Assembly (NCBI RefSeq): GCF_004010195.1
Contig: NC_057710.1
Coordinates: 137,918,000 to 137,981,999 of the forward strand
Reading direction: 5' to 3'
DNA length: 64,000 nt
Origin: Chiloscyllium plagiosum
Lineage: Eukaryota
In this document: positions 50,146 through 61,724 of the stretch, in pieces
Layout of the letters: each line of letters opens with the position of its first letter
Numbering within the stretch: position 1 is the first letter of the stretch
The notes under the pieces: generated by a model
Told to the model about the DNA's origin: nothing
The model's input: the letters and a program-made list of their open reading frames with translations, nothing else
Databases searched by the model: none
Made by a program: the position numbers and the translations under genes

Positions 50146-53100
50146 CAGGCCTAACCGGCACGTCACTTTTGCCATTGTTGTTGCTGCCCCACCCACCGAC
50201 GTCACTCACCCGGATACAGCCGACAATAGTGCCCATGTCATGCGTTCCAACTCTTAATTATTCTATCTCCACTTTCCAGCCCCTAGCCTGTAGCCTTGTC
50301 TGTCTTGGCATCCCAAGTGCATATCTAAATACTTTCTACATGTCGAGGGTTTCTGCCAGATTCCATCACCCTCTGGGTGAAACTGTTTTCACACACATCT
50401 CCTCTAAACATTCCGCTCCTTACAAGAAATCCATGCCCTCTGATCACTGATCCCTTCATCAAGGGAAAATAAGTTTCTTCTTGTCTAACCTATCTATGCC
50501 CCTAAATTTTACACATTTCAATCTCCTCTAAGAAAATCAACCCCAGTCTTATCAATTTCTCAATGTAATTCCAGGCGACGTTCTGGTAAATTTCCTTTCC
50601 ATTCTCTCCAGTGCGATCACATTCCTCCCATAGTGTGGATCTCAGAACTACACACAACAGCTGTGGCCTAGCTAATATGTTATACATTTCCAACATGACC
50701 TTCTCAAGGCTGATATAGATATTTTAATTAGTGAGGGAATCAAGAGTTTTGAGGAACTGGCAAGAAGTGGAGTTGTGGATTACCAGATCAGCCATGATCT
50801 CATTGAATGGCAGAGTGGACTCAATGAGCCAAACGGCTTACTTGTGCTCATACATCTTATGGTTGGACCACGGGCTTCCATTGTATTGATCAATGCTACA
50901 GGCAAAGTACTACAGTCATATGTTACTGCTTTCTGCAGAATGGCTGGGCACCTGCCACTCTCACCCTCTGACATCAGGCATATTGAAGGGATTTAGAGGC
51001 TGGTAATCAATCTTTTTGGCATGTAATGAACACACCTTCTATGGCTAACAAATCACAGTGTAGGAGTCTAGGACCCAGAGCTTAGTCTGGAATAGCCCAG
51101 AGATGGGTCTGGAACTATGGAACCAGAAAACCTCCGAATGGAACTAGTAAATGAATTGAATGATGATGGGGTAGGCGCAGGGAAGTGGTGTTGAGGCTGA
51201 GATGAGATCAGCTGTAATCATATCAAATGACAGAGCAGGCTCAAGTGATTGAATTGCCTCCTCCTGCTCCTTGTTCTTATCTTCTTAGTACAACGTGTAT
51301 TAAAAAACTTGAAAAATCAATTATAATAATAGTGTAATCACTAATTCTAGAGTTATAAGAATCAATTAAAATTAAAACAAAAGTAAATAAAAGCCTGATT
51401 CTACTCCCAAAACTCAGCCATTGCTTCAGAAAGGTCCTGGAGACCAAAGGCAACTCTTATTTTTGTCACTCCATCACCAAAACCCCTCATCGGAAATTTG
51501 CAAGACGCCCATGGTCTCTAAAATTGAAAATGTCCACCTCTCCGCTCTCTCACCTAGCCAAACCTCTCAAGTTCTGCCCTGCACCAGCCTTGAACCTGCA
51601 TCTTTCCTCATTTCTCTCCCATTTCAGTGGCTTAGTTCCACACTTAGCAATCCAGAATATCTCCAAGAGTGGTTTCTCATGGAATGCTGGGGGACAGGCA
51701 ATATAACGGAACGTGCAAGCAATAGGAGGATGGAGTTGGGAATATTGGTTGATGAGGCGGGAAAGGAGAGGGGGAGGTGGTGGGGAAGATGCTAGAATTG
51801 GGGAAGGGATGTGGTGACAGGTATTTATATGGCAAGTTTTAGATAAATAGTTACCCCCAGGATGTTAATAGTGAGGATATTCAGAGAGCGATGGTTAGAT
51901 TGTCTCATATTGATGGTCTTTACCTGACATTTGTATGGCATGAATGTGACTTGCTATTTTTCAGCCCAAGTCTAGATATTGTCCAGGTCATGCTGCATTT
52001 GGACTTTGCTTCAATATCGGAGGAGATGGAGGTCAGCAGCTAGGAATCCTGAAATAAAGTCTTTGAATTACAGTGAGTAGCTCAGCTCCTAACTCTCCAA
52101 AGCGTGAATGCTCCCATTTGGATAATCCAATCAAGTGTATCCCAGGACATTGAGAGAAGTTAGGGGAGAAATTGTAGGACCCCTAACAGATACATCTACA
52201 GCCACAGGTGAGGTTTCAGAGGACTGGAGGGTGGATAACGTCGAGCCTTTATTTAAGAAAGGGTGTAAGGAGAAGCCTGGGAACTATAGACTTATGAGTC
52301 TGATATCAGTAGAGGGTAAGTTTTTGGAGGGGATTCTGAGAGATAGAATTTACATGTATTTGTAGTCAGGGACTGAATAGGGAGAGTTAGCACAGCTTTG
52401 TGTGTGGAAAATCATGTCTCACAAACTTGATTGAGTCTTTCAAGGACATAACCAGAAAGATTGAGGGCGGCAAAGCAGTAGGCATGGTCTACATGGATAG
52501 ACTTTAGTAAAGCCTTTGACAAGATTCCGCACGGTAGACTAATTAATAAATTTAGAACACAAGGGATTCAGTAAGAGTTTGCCAATCAGATACAAAATTG
52601 GCCTGATGGTGGGAGATAGGTGGTGGAGGAGGGTTGCTTTTCAGACTGGAGACTTATGACCAGTGGTGTTCAACAGAGGTTGCTGTTGGGTCCATTTGCA
52701 TTTGTCATTTATATAAACAACTTTGATGAGATTTTAGGAGGCATGGTTAGTAAGCATGTGGATGACATCAAAGTTGGTGGTATAATCAACAGTGAAGGTT
52801 ATCTAAGATTACTAAATCAATGGTCAAATGCGTTGAGTGACAGACAGACTTTATCTTGCTAAATGAGAGGTGTTGCATTTTGGTAAAACAAACAAGGACA
52901 CAAATTATACAGTTAATGGGCCCTGGGCAATGTTGTGAACGGACATCTAGGGGTTCAGGTACATAATTCTCTGAAAGTTGCATCACAGATAAACAAGGTG
53001 GTTAAGAATGCATTTTGCATGCTTGCCTTCATTGCTCAGACCACTGAGTATAGGAGTTGGGATATCATGTTGAGGTTGTATTGGATGTTGGTGAGGCCAC

Positions 53101-53179
53101 TTTTGGAGTACTGTTTACTGTCCTGGTCGCTCTACAAAAGGAAGGATATTATTAAATTGGACAGGATTCAGAAAAGATT

Positions 53180-53256
53180 GGTGCCCTGCTGTGCTTTTCC
53201 AGCACCACTCTAACCTTGACTCTGATCTCCAGCATCTGCAGTCCTCACTTTTGCCC
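53180..53256 (+). mobile_element. Very short family-A PLE terminus inserted in a CR1, 13-bp TSD
   Basis: ttcaraaaagatt at 53167-53179 and 53257-53269. Confidence 0.7.
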
Positions 53257-53610
53257 TTCAAAAAAGATTTACCAGGACTGCAGGATTTTAGTTATAAGGA
53301 TAGGCCAGGACTTTTTTCACCGGAAGTAGGAGGGTGAGGTGACCTATAGTGGTTTATAAAATAACAAGGGGTATAGATAAAATGAATGGCAAAGGTCTTT
53401 TCCCTTGGGTAGGGGATTTCAAAACTAGTGTACATATGTTTAAGGTGAAAGGGGAAATATTTTAAAGGGACCAGAAGAGCAACTTTTTTCAAGAGGGTGG
53501 TTCACATGTGGAATAAATTGCCAGAGAAAATGTTAAATACAGGTACATTTGCAACATTTAGAAGACATTAGTCTAGGTACATGATAGGAAAGGTTTAGAG
53601 GAATATGAGC

Positions 53611-53707
53611 TCGAAAATGTGTTGCTGGAAAAGCGTAGCAAGTCAGGCAGCATCCAAGGAGCGGGAGAATCGACGTTTCTCTTCCACCCTCTACAACTTT
53701 CTCCTCC
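53611..53707 (-). mobile_element. Family-A PLE fragment inserted in a CR1, perfect 16-bp TSD
   Basis: ttagaggaatatgagc at 53595-53610 and 53708-53723. Confidence 0.75.
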
Positions 53708-54257
53708 TTAGAGGAATATGAGCCAAACACAGGCAAGTGGGACTAACCTAATTTGGGAAACTTGGTCGGTGTGGATGATTTGGACCAAAGGGTCTAGTTC
53801 CATGCTGTATGACTCAGAGTAAAGCTCCAGTCACCATCCATATCAAAGTTGCCACTCACTTGGCACCACGTTCACTCCCTCCACCACCAACACTCTGAGG
53901 TATCAGCGTTTACCAGCTACAACAGGTATTGCACAAATTCTCCAAAATTCCTTAGACAGCACCTTCCACATCCATGATCCCACTCCAACCTAGAAGGACA
54001 AGGTCAGCAGATACACGGGAACACCACCAATTTCAAGTTCCCCTCCAAGCCACTAACCATCCAGACTTGGAAATATATCACATGTGATTTTTAACTTTGT
54101 ACACCCCAGTCCAACACCGGCATCTCCAAATTATGGAAATATAACGCTTTCCTTCACCGTCGCTGGGTCAGAATTTTGGAATTCCCTCCCTAAGGACATT
54201 GTGGGTCAACCCACAGCAGGTGGGCTGCAGTGATTCCAGAAGGCAGCTCACCACCAA

Positions 54258-54294
54258 TCATCATCATCATCATCATTACCATCATCATCACCAT
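54258..54294. repeat. Imperfect (CAT)n microsatellite
   Basis: tcatcatcatcatcatcattaccatcatcatcacca. Confidence 0.85.
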
Positions 54295-54354
54295 CTCAAG
54301 GGACACCGGGGACGGACAATGAACATTAAGCCAGCCAGCGATGCCCACACCCCA

Positions 54355-54665
54355 AACAACTGCGGGGGGGAGGTGGGGGAGGTGATGGTGGTTGGGTTAA
54401 TGGGCGGGAGGTGTACGCGGTGTTTGCATTCGGCCCTATCCCCCCCACCTGGCGCTCTCGGCCACACCGAGTCCCGAGGAAACGCGGTCGTCGGCGCCGC
54501 CGCTCGGAACTGGTTCCGGAACCGAAGCAGCTGTTCGGACTCAGTCGCCATCTTGCAGCGGGTGTAGTGGGGGGAGGTGGGACCATAGACATCAACACGC
54601 AAATACGGGCTGACATCATGCAGATCCAGAACAAGAGCCGCCTGTTGGGTCATGGCGTCCATACA
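54355..54665. promoter_or_regulatory. CpG-rich promoter/first-exon region of TMEM128, with a YY1-like motif (CAAGATGGCG) overlapping the start codon
   Basis: Dense CpG dinucleotides compared with the CpG-depleted background; cgccatcttg at 54546-54555. Confidence 0.7.
54449..54551 (-). CDS. TMEM128: TMEM128 coding exon 1 (MATESEQLLRFRNQF...)
   Basis: Strong Kozak caagATGG inside a CpG-rich patch; donor CCAG|gtgggg; 103 nt, phase 1, compatible with exon 2. The LRFRNQF segment resembles the TMEM128 N-terminus. Confidence 0.75.
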
Positions 54666-57318
54666 TGTTACTGTAGCTCAATGGTAACATTCCCGCTTTG
54701 AGCGTTGGAGACCTGGTTTCAAACCCATTCTCCCAACCATATCATGGTTCAAATCTCACCTGCTCCTGCAATACAATCAGACATAATATTGCAGTTCCGT
54801 GATATCGCAGCCAAGCCATTTCGAGATAGTGATAGTCCAGCACTAGGTTATAGCTACCTGACAAAGGAACCCCACTCCACAAGCTTGTACTGTGCTTCCA
54901 AATAAACCTGTTGGACTATAACCTGGTGTTGTGTGAGTTTTAACTTTGTGCACCCCAGTGCAATACTGGCACTCCACATCATGGCTATCCGAAGAGTAAT
55001 ATCTGAGAGCATGAAATTGTCTTGATGTGGTAATTTAAGGCGGCTGTAATGGCCCATCTCTGATCCAGGAGATTTAGTCCCTCATGCTCCAGGGGTGTAT
55101 AACATCTGGGCACAGGCCAGTCCACCTCAGAGATAATGCATCGCAATCTAATCTACTACGTGCAACCTGACCTAGCTCAGATCCAATACACCTCAGGTGT
55201 AATATCCACAGCCTAGTCGACATATATTTCCAAGTCAGGCATGTGGTTTGCTCTTGAATTTGCAGTTTGTTTTTGGTGGCAGAGACTTGGTGAATTACAT
55301 ATGGATGGAACACACAGCTGGAAATAATGAATGTTCAAGGTGGTGGATGGATTGCTAATCAGTTAACAGGCTATCGAGCTTATTTGAAAGCCAAATTCAT
55401 GCAATCTAGTTGTTCGCTCCATTTTTGGGGGGCACTGCGCAGGATAATGTTTGGGGGGGTGGGGAAGGGGTCGGGATGTTGCAGAAGAAAAACACTGCCC
55501 AAGGGATCATGGCAGCACGTAATAACTGTCTTTTGGTGAAGCTGACACTATTTCAATGCTTTTAGATTTTATTTGTTGCATGTTTTGAGTCAGATATAAC
55601 AAATAAGGAATGGTTGAGGACACAGGGGCCTTCAAGTTCACAGCTATGACTGAACTTCTGTTCATGGCAAGCCTACTCTCACACCATTAGTTAGCTCCTA
55701 TGTCACTGGGAGCCATGAAGTGGTTATTTAGTGTTTGATTCACCATGGTGGGAGCAGGAGTGACTGAGCAACTTGGTTTGAGTTCAACATCCCTCGCTCT
55801 GCCAATAAAACTAAAGTCAAGCTTCTTTGCATGGGTTTGTGTCCCTTTGAGAGATGAAACCCCTTCTGTAAGATCATTTGCTAGCCAATTCGAAAGCCAT
55901 TAGCTCTTTGTTTCCAGTGCACCCATCGCACCAATGGCCATTGCTGGTCCGACAACTGGCAACGACCAAGCACGTGGTCAAGCCTCCAGAACAGAAGGAT
56001 TCCCTGGTGAGTGTGGGCCACATGAAATTTAATTAAAATGTCACTCCCTAAGCCTGCAGAGTGGCCACCAGAAATTGCCACCAATGGCAGGCTCCCAGTG
56101 TGGCACATTGCTCACCCACTACTGCATGAACACCAGCAGTGGTGGGAAGAGGCTTTTAACTAGCCCTGTAAGGATCTCAGTTGGCCAAGGTTAAAAGGGC
56201 CATTCTCAATCTTCCCCATTGCTGATAGAAAATTGCCAATAATGGCAGGTTGGCAACAGTTATGACCATTATTGACATCACGTGATTTTATGCTTCTCTC
56301 TGCCTACCTGCATCCTCTTCAATTCTCCTTTACGCCCCAGACCACTACTGCAATTCAGATCTTGGGTAACAAATGATCAACAGTGTGGGAATCAGGAGGA
56401 TTTAAAAAAAAAAATTCTGATGAAATTACCGAAAAAGAAAATACTGAAATTACTCTTTTTTTTGGTAATGTCATTAAATTAAATAGTTATTCTTCATGTA
56501 ACATTATATTCACTTTGAATTATTAAACAACAATTACCAAATTGTTCTATTAGTGTGTTTCTATAAGATCATTGCCGGATTTGCTAATTAATATGATCTT
56601 TATTTTTTTCAGCAATCTTTCATCATGGGCTCAGTTAAGCAACGTGACAAACTCAAAGAGCCACTGTTTAGAAAATAATACCCTATTTCCTGCCCATGAA
56701 ACTGCACATCTCATCAGTGTGTGTAATTTCTTATCGTCTTGTGCCTAGATTTGTTTTCAGATGAGCCATTTTCAGTGAAATGTGAGATGGATAATCCACA
56801 TCAAAATTGATATTGCTGCAATGTGAACCTGGATTATTGTCTTTGCTAATTTCCAAAGCTGTGCCCTTGATATCGTCAGTTCACATCAACCCTTTGTGAG
56901 AAATCATTAACCATGACTAATACCAAAGTCCAAATGGAAACTTTAATTATGTGACTGAGCAGCTGAAATGAAGATATGTGGAGCAAAAATTATGGAAATT
57001 AGATGGAGACATCACGAGTAAACAAATGTGAAATCAGTACTTTCGACAAACCAAACGTGACAGAGGTCTGAAAAGTAATTACAGAAGAAAACACAATATA
57101 AAATGAGCACCAGCTCCAAGAATTCCCATTTCAAATTATATATAATTTGAATTGGTCTTTTCGCAATATTTTATTTAATTGCTTTATCTCTTCAATCACG
57201 TTTTCTTTTACCATCTTCATGTTTTCACTCCTGCTTTGCATCCATTGTTTTCTACATCCCTGTAAGCTGCTTTGTGATATGTTTTATAGATCTATTAAAT
57301 GAGACTACATAAATGTAA

Positions 57319-58610
57319 GTCATAGAATCATAGAGATGTACAGCAGGGAAACAGACCCTTCAGTCCAACCGTCCATGTCGACCAGAAAACCCAACCCAAT
57401 CTAGTCCCACTTGCCAGCACTCAGCCCATATCCATCCAAATGCCTTTTAAATGTTGCAATTGTACCAGACTCCACCACTTCCTCTGGCAGCTCATTCCAT
57501 ACACGTACCACCCTCTCACCCTAAACCTATGCTCTCTAGTTCTGGACTCCCCCCACCCCAGGGAAAAGACTTTGTCTATTTGCCCTATCCATGCCCCTCA
57601 TAATTTTGTAAACCTCTATAAGGTCACCCCTCAGCCTCCAGGAAAAACAGCCCCAGCCTGTTCAGCCTCTCCCTATAGCTCAAGTCGTCCAAACCCTGGC
57701 AACATCCTTGTAAATCTTTTCTGAACGCTTTCAAGTTTCACAACATCTTTCTGATAGGAAGACCAGCATTGCATGCAATATTCCAACAGAGGCCTAACCA
57801 ATGTCCTGTACAGCCACAACATGACCTCCCAACTCCTGTACTCAATACTCTGATCAATAAAGGAAAGCATACCAAATGCCTTCTTCACTATCCTATCTAC
57901 CTGCGACTCCACTTTCAAGGAGGTAAGAACCTGCACTCCAAGGTCTCTTTGTTCAGCAACACTCCCGAGGACGTTACCATTAAGTGTATAAGTCCTGCTA
58001 AGATTTGCTTTCCCAAAATGCAGCACCTCGTATTTATCGGAATTAAACTCCATCTGCCACTTCTCAGCCCATCGGGTGAAGATCCTATTGTAATTGGAGG
58101 TAACCCTCTTCGCTGTCCACTACACCTCCAATTTTGGTGTCATCTGCAAACTTACTAACTGTACCTCTTATGCTCGCATCCAAATCATTTATGTAAATGA
58201 CAAGAAGTAGAGGACCCAGCACCGATCCTTATGGCATTCCACTGGTCACAGGCCTCCAGTGTGAAAAACAACCCTCCACCACCACCCTGTCTTCTACCTT
58301 TGATCCAGTTCTGTATCCAACTGGCTAGTTCTTCCTGTATTCCATGAGTTCTAACCTTGCTAATCAGTCTTCCATGGGGATCCTTGTCGAACGCCTTACT
58401 GAAGTCCATATAGATCACATCTACTGCTCTGCCCTCTTTATTACTTCTTCAAAAAACTCAATCAAGTTTGTGAGACATGATTTTCCACGCACAAAGCCAT
58501 GTTGACTGTCCCTAATCAGTCCTTGCCTTTCCAAGTACATGTACATCCTGTCCCTCAGGATTCCCTCCAACAACTTGCCCACCATTGACGTCAGGCTCAC
58601 TGGTGTACAG
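57319..58610 (-). mobile_element. CR1 LINE 3' portion
   Basis: IYMDFSKAFDK, MEFNSDKYEVLHFGK, LYRTLVRPLLEYC. Confidence 0.9.
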
Positions 58611-59753
58611 TCACTCTAATTGAAATATTCTCATCACAATAATAAATGCTAAATGTGTCTTTCTTACATGCATGGGGTTGGGGGGGGGGGGGTGCGGAAA
58701 GACTCACAAGCACAAAAATTTTAGTGGCTTAAACTAATTTAAAACATTGAAATTCTAAAATCATCAAAGCACTGCAGGTTAATTAAATCCATGTGGGAGT
58801 TACATCAGTAGTGCAGTTCTTTGGTTCCAGAAGCTTGTCCAAACCCAATCGACTGATAATGTTATCAGCACTCACTTTTGAAACAAATGTAAACAGCAAA
58901 CATAAAAATCACTCAAATTAATCAGAGCCCTATACAGATATCTACTTCTTATTTTTGGTTACCAATATCTAAAATATTTCAAAAGTCTTATACTTAACCC
59001 GCTCTTCTTGTCTGTGTGATAGATTTCTTGTTCTCAAATTTTGCCACATTTTGTTATAAATAATGTTCACATACATAGTACAAAAGTATTTTTTTGCTGT
59101 GCATAATCTGGCCCTGGATTCAACAAAGGCTTTCGAAACAATTATTTCCATCAGCCATTTATGCTCAGGAACTGAAATTTTTCTTGCCTAAAATGGGACG
59201 TTTTACTAAAAATAAAAACCTAATTCACCATGATTACAGTTCATCACCAAGTTCTTATTCCTTTCAGTCTTGTTGAGCTGAATTTGGATTGTGCAGCTTT
59301 ATCACGTGGACTGTTTTTAATTTTCAGTGTTAAATTATCTAGATCGAGAAATAGCTTTATTTATTACTATAATTATCACTCCTTTTGCTTTTCATTGTGA
59401 TATCTTTGCTATTGAAACCCCTATATTCTAGCCTAACCATGTCCTTTTTCCAACTTGAACCTGCACCTCGCCAAACAGCATAAAACTCAGTACATTTCTG
59501 CATCTCTTCAGTTTCAACGAAGTAATTTTGGACTTGAAATTGATTTCAAGTTAACTCAATTTCCCTCTCCACACATGCTGCCAGAACAATTGAGCTTTTC
59601 CATAACTTGTCATGTTTATTTGAGGAATATCTTTCTTCAGTTTCTAGCTCTTTACGGTGAAAACCTCTTTTCAGAAATTCATACGTACATTTTTCATAAA
59701 TGAGATAACAAGAACATTTTAAGTTTGGCCATCCAACAAGAATGATGTGGTAA

Positions 59754-59790
59754 TTGGGATATAGATTGGGATATAGATTGGGATATAGAT
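59754..59790. repeat. 12-bp minisatellite (ttgggatataga) x3
   Basis: Read directly from the sequence. Confidence 0.85.
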
Positions 59791-61577
59791 GATAGCACCA
59801 CGTTGCTGAAGGCCCATAAAGAAGTGTTCCAAGCACCTGCTTCATCAGACCAAAGCCTTATCCTCAAATGCAATTCAGGATTCTACAGCATACATACTTT
59901 TCCCAGAGCTGTGATGTTCTGTGCAGTCTGATCAGGGATGGTAGAAGGAGATATAGCTAATCGAACGGTGAACAGGTAAGGACAATAATTGAAGCCAAGG
60001 TGTAAGAGCAACAAAATTAATAAGAGATGGAATGAAAACTAAATTGCTGAGGGCAACAACTTCCTAACAGTTTTTAACATATAGTGATGAGAATACTAAC
60101 CACTTTATTTACATACATATCAATATTTCATCATAAAGATCTATATCTGGACAAATAACTATCCCATATTCATTAAGTTTATATAGACATCCGTTTGAAA
60201 AGGTATTTAATTCCATATTATAATCAAATTCTTACTCTATGGACAGATATTTTAAACTGTTCTTGCATTTTAAAGGGTTGCTTTTCCTGTGGTACTATAT
60301 ATTCTTGATGTGATAAGTCACCTGCAAATTGGGAACACGGTAATTATACAATGCTTGATTGAAAAAGAAAATATAGAGTCTGAACTCTAATAATGTTACA
60401 TCCATAGTATAGTCCAACAAAATTAATTACGCTTTCAATACTGTTTGTAAAAACAATTCTGGCTGAATCTATCTTACTATCATTATAAGATTTACTGGAT
60501 CTTCAAAATACAGTTTAAAAAAATCTCATTCAAATTCTAGTTCAGTACTTTAGGAATATAAAAACAGTGGGACGTATCATTCTATTTTAAAATGGTGCCC
60601 TCTTGTTCTTGATTCCTCCAACAGAGCTAATAATGTTTTGGGGCTGAGGCTTGTATTATTTTTGACTGAGTGCAAGTTGCAAATCTTTTGGAGGGTTTTT
60701 TTTTGCCATGAGGCGGAGCTGGTTTATTCGCTGTATCTTACTGCACTCACTTCAGTAACTAGGTAACGGCCCCTTTGTTGTTTCTCATGTCTGATTCCTT
60801 CCCCATCTTAGCAGACTCCATTCCCAGACCAACTTGCCACTCAGCAGATATCCAAAGACCAGCATCCCTTGCTGCAGTGCCATCTGTAAAAGGTCGCTGT
60901 GTACCTGGACAAGCATTGGCAATCTGGAGTTGACCCCCAGTGGCAACATGACACAGCAGCCAGAAAGCCAGGTCTGCTCACAGCATATAGCCAACTTGGC
61001 TTGCACAAACAACGTCATTCTCTCATCCAATTGCTGTCTAACCAACAATACCACACAGTTTACCTATCCTCAGCAACATCCTATTTAAACAAAGTATTTT
61101 TGATAAAAAGATTGTGTGGAGTTGTGGGGAAGGGAACAGGAACATTTGGAGCCAAAGTCATACAAAGATAAAGGTGGCATGGGGATTTCTGTCCTTTAGC
61201 ATGAAATCATGCTAGAAATCAATAAAATAATCATTCGAATGCAGCATGAATATTGCTCACAGTTTTGGTCACAAGGAAATCAGCCTATCACAATAGAATT
61301 AAATCAAATCTACTGCATATACTCGAGTGAAAGGCAAATGCTTGAGGTCACATTTTAGACCAACGGTCTGGGGTCTTGACACTTCTACATGCATCATGAG
61401 TTTGAGGGATTAACAAATATATTTGATTTAAGCCAAAAAAGACTGCTGCAATTGAATAAAGTAAAAAAAAGCAACACTTCCTTGTGGCAAAATGATCCAT
61501 ATCAATTCTCTAATTTATTTTGCAACATTATAAATTATACACATTTCATCCAACACAATAGACTATCATGAATTAAA

Positions 61578-61724
61578 TTCTGGATCAATGGTGCTGGAAG
61601 AGCACAGCAGTTCAGGCAGCATCCGAGGAGCTTCAGCTCCTCGGATGCTGCCTGAACTACTGTGCTCTTCCAGCACCATTGATCCAGAATCTGGTTTCAG
61701 CATCTGCAGTCATTGTTTTTAACC
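61578..61724. mobile_element. Family-A-related PLE terminus forming a near-perfect 55-bp hairpin, 15-bp TSD
   Basis: 61577-61631 pairs with 61636-61690 (1 mismatch); ctatyatgaattaaa at 61563-61577 and 61725-61739. Confidence 0.85.

Larger units (their letters stand above)
52125..53815 (+). mobile_element. CR1 LINE ORF2 fragment carrying two PLE-terminus insertions
   Basis: YPRTLREVRGEI..PLFKKGCKEKPGNYRL and further RT fragments. Confidence 0.88.

Noticed and set aside
54199-54567. Poly-histidine protein ORF
   Set aside because: The His run is a (CAT)n microsatellite inside a repeat, antisense to TMEM128 exon/intron 1.
60785-61171. Cluster of overlapping short ORFs
   Set aside because: No convincing motif; possibly a decayed LINE remnant, too degenerate to call.
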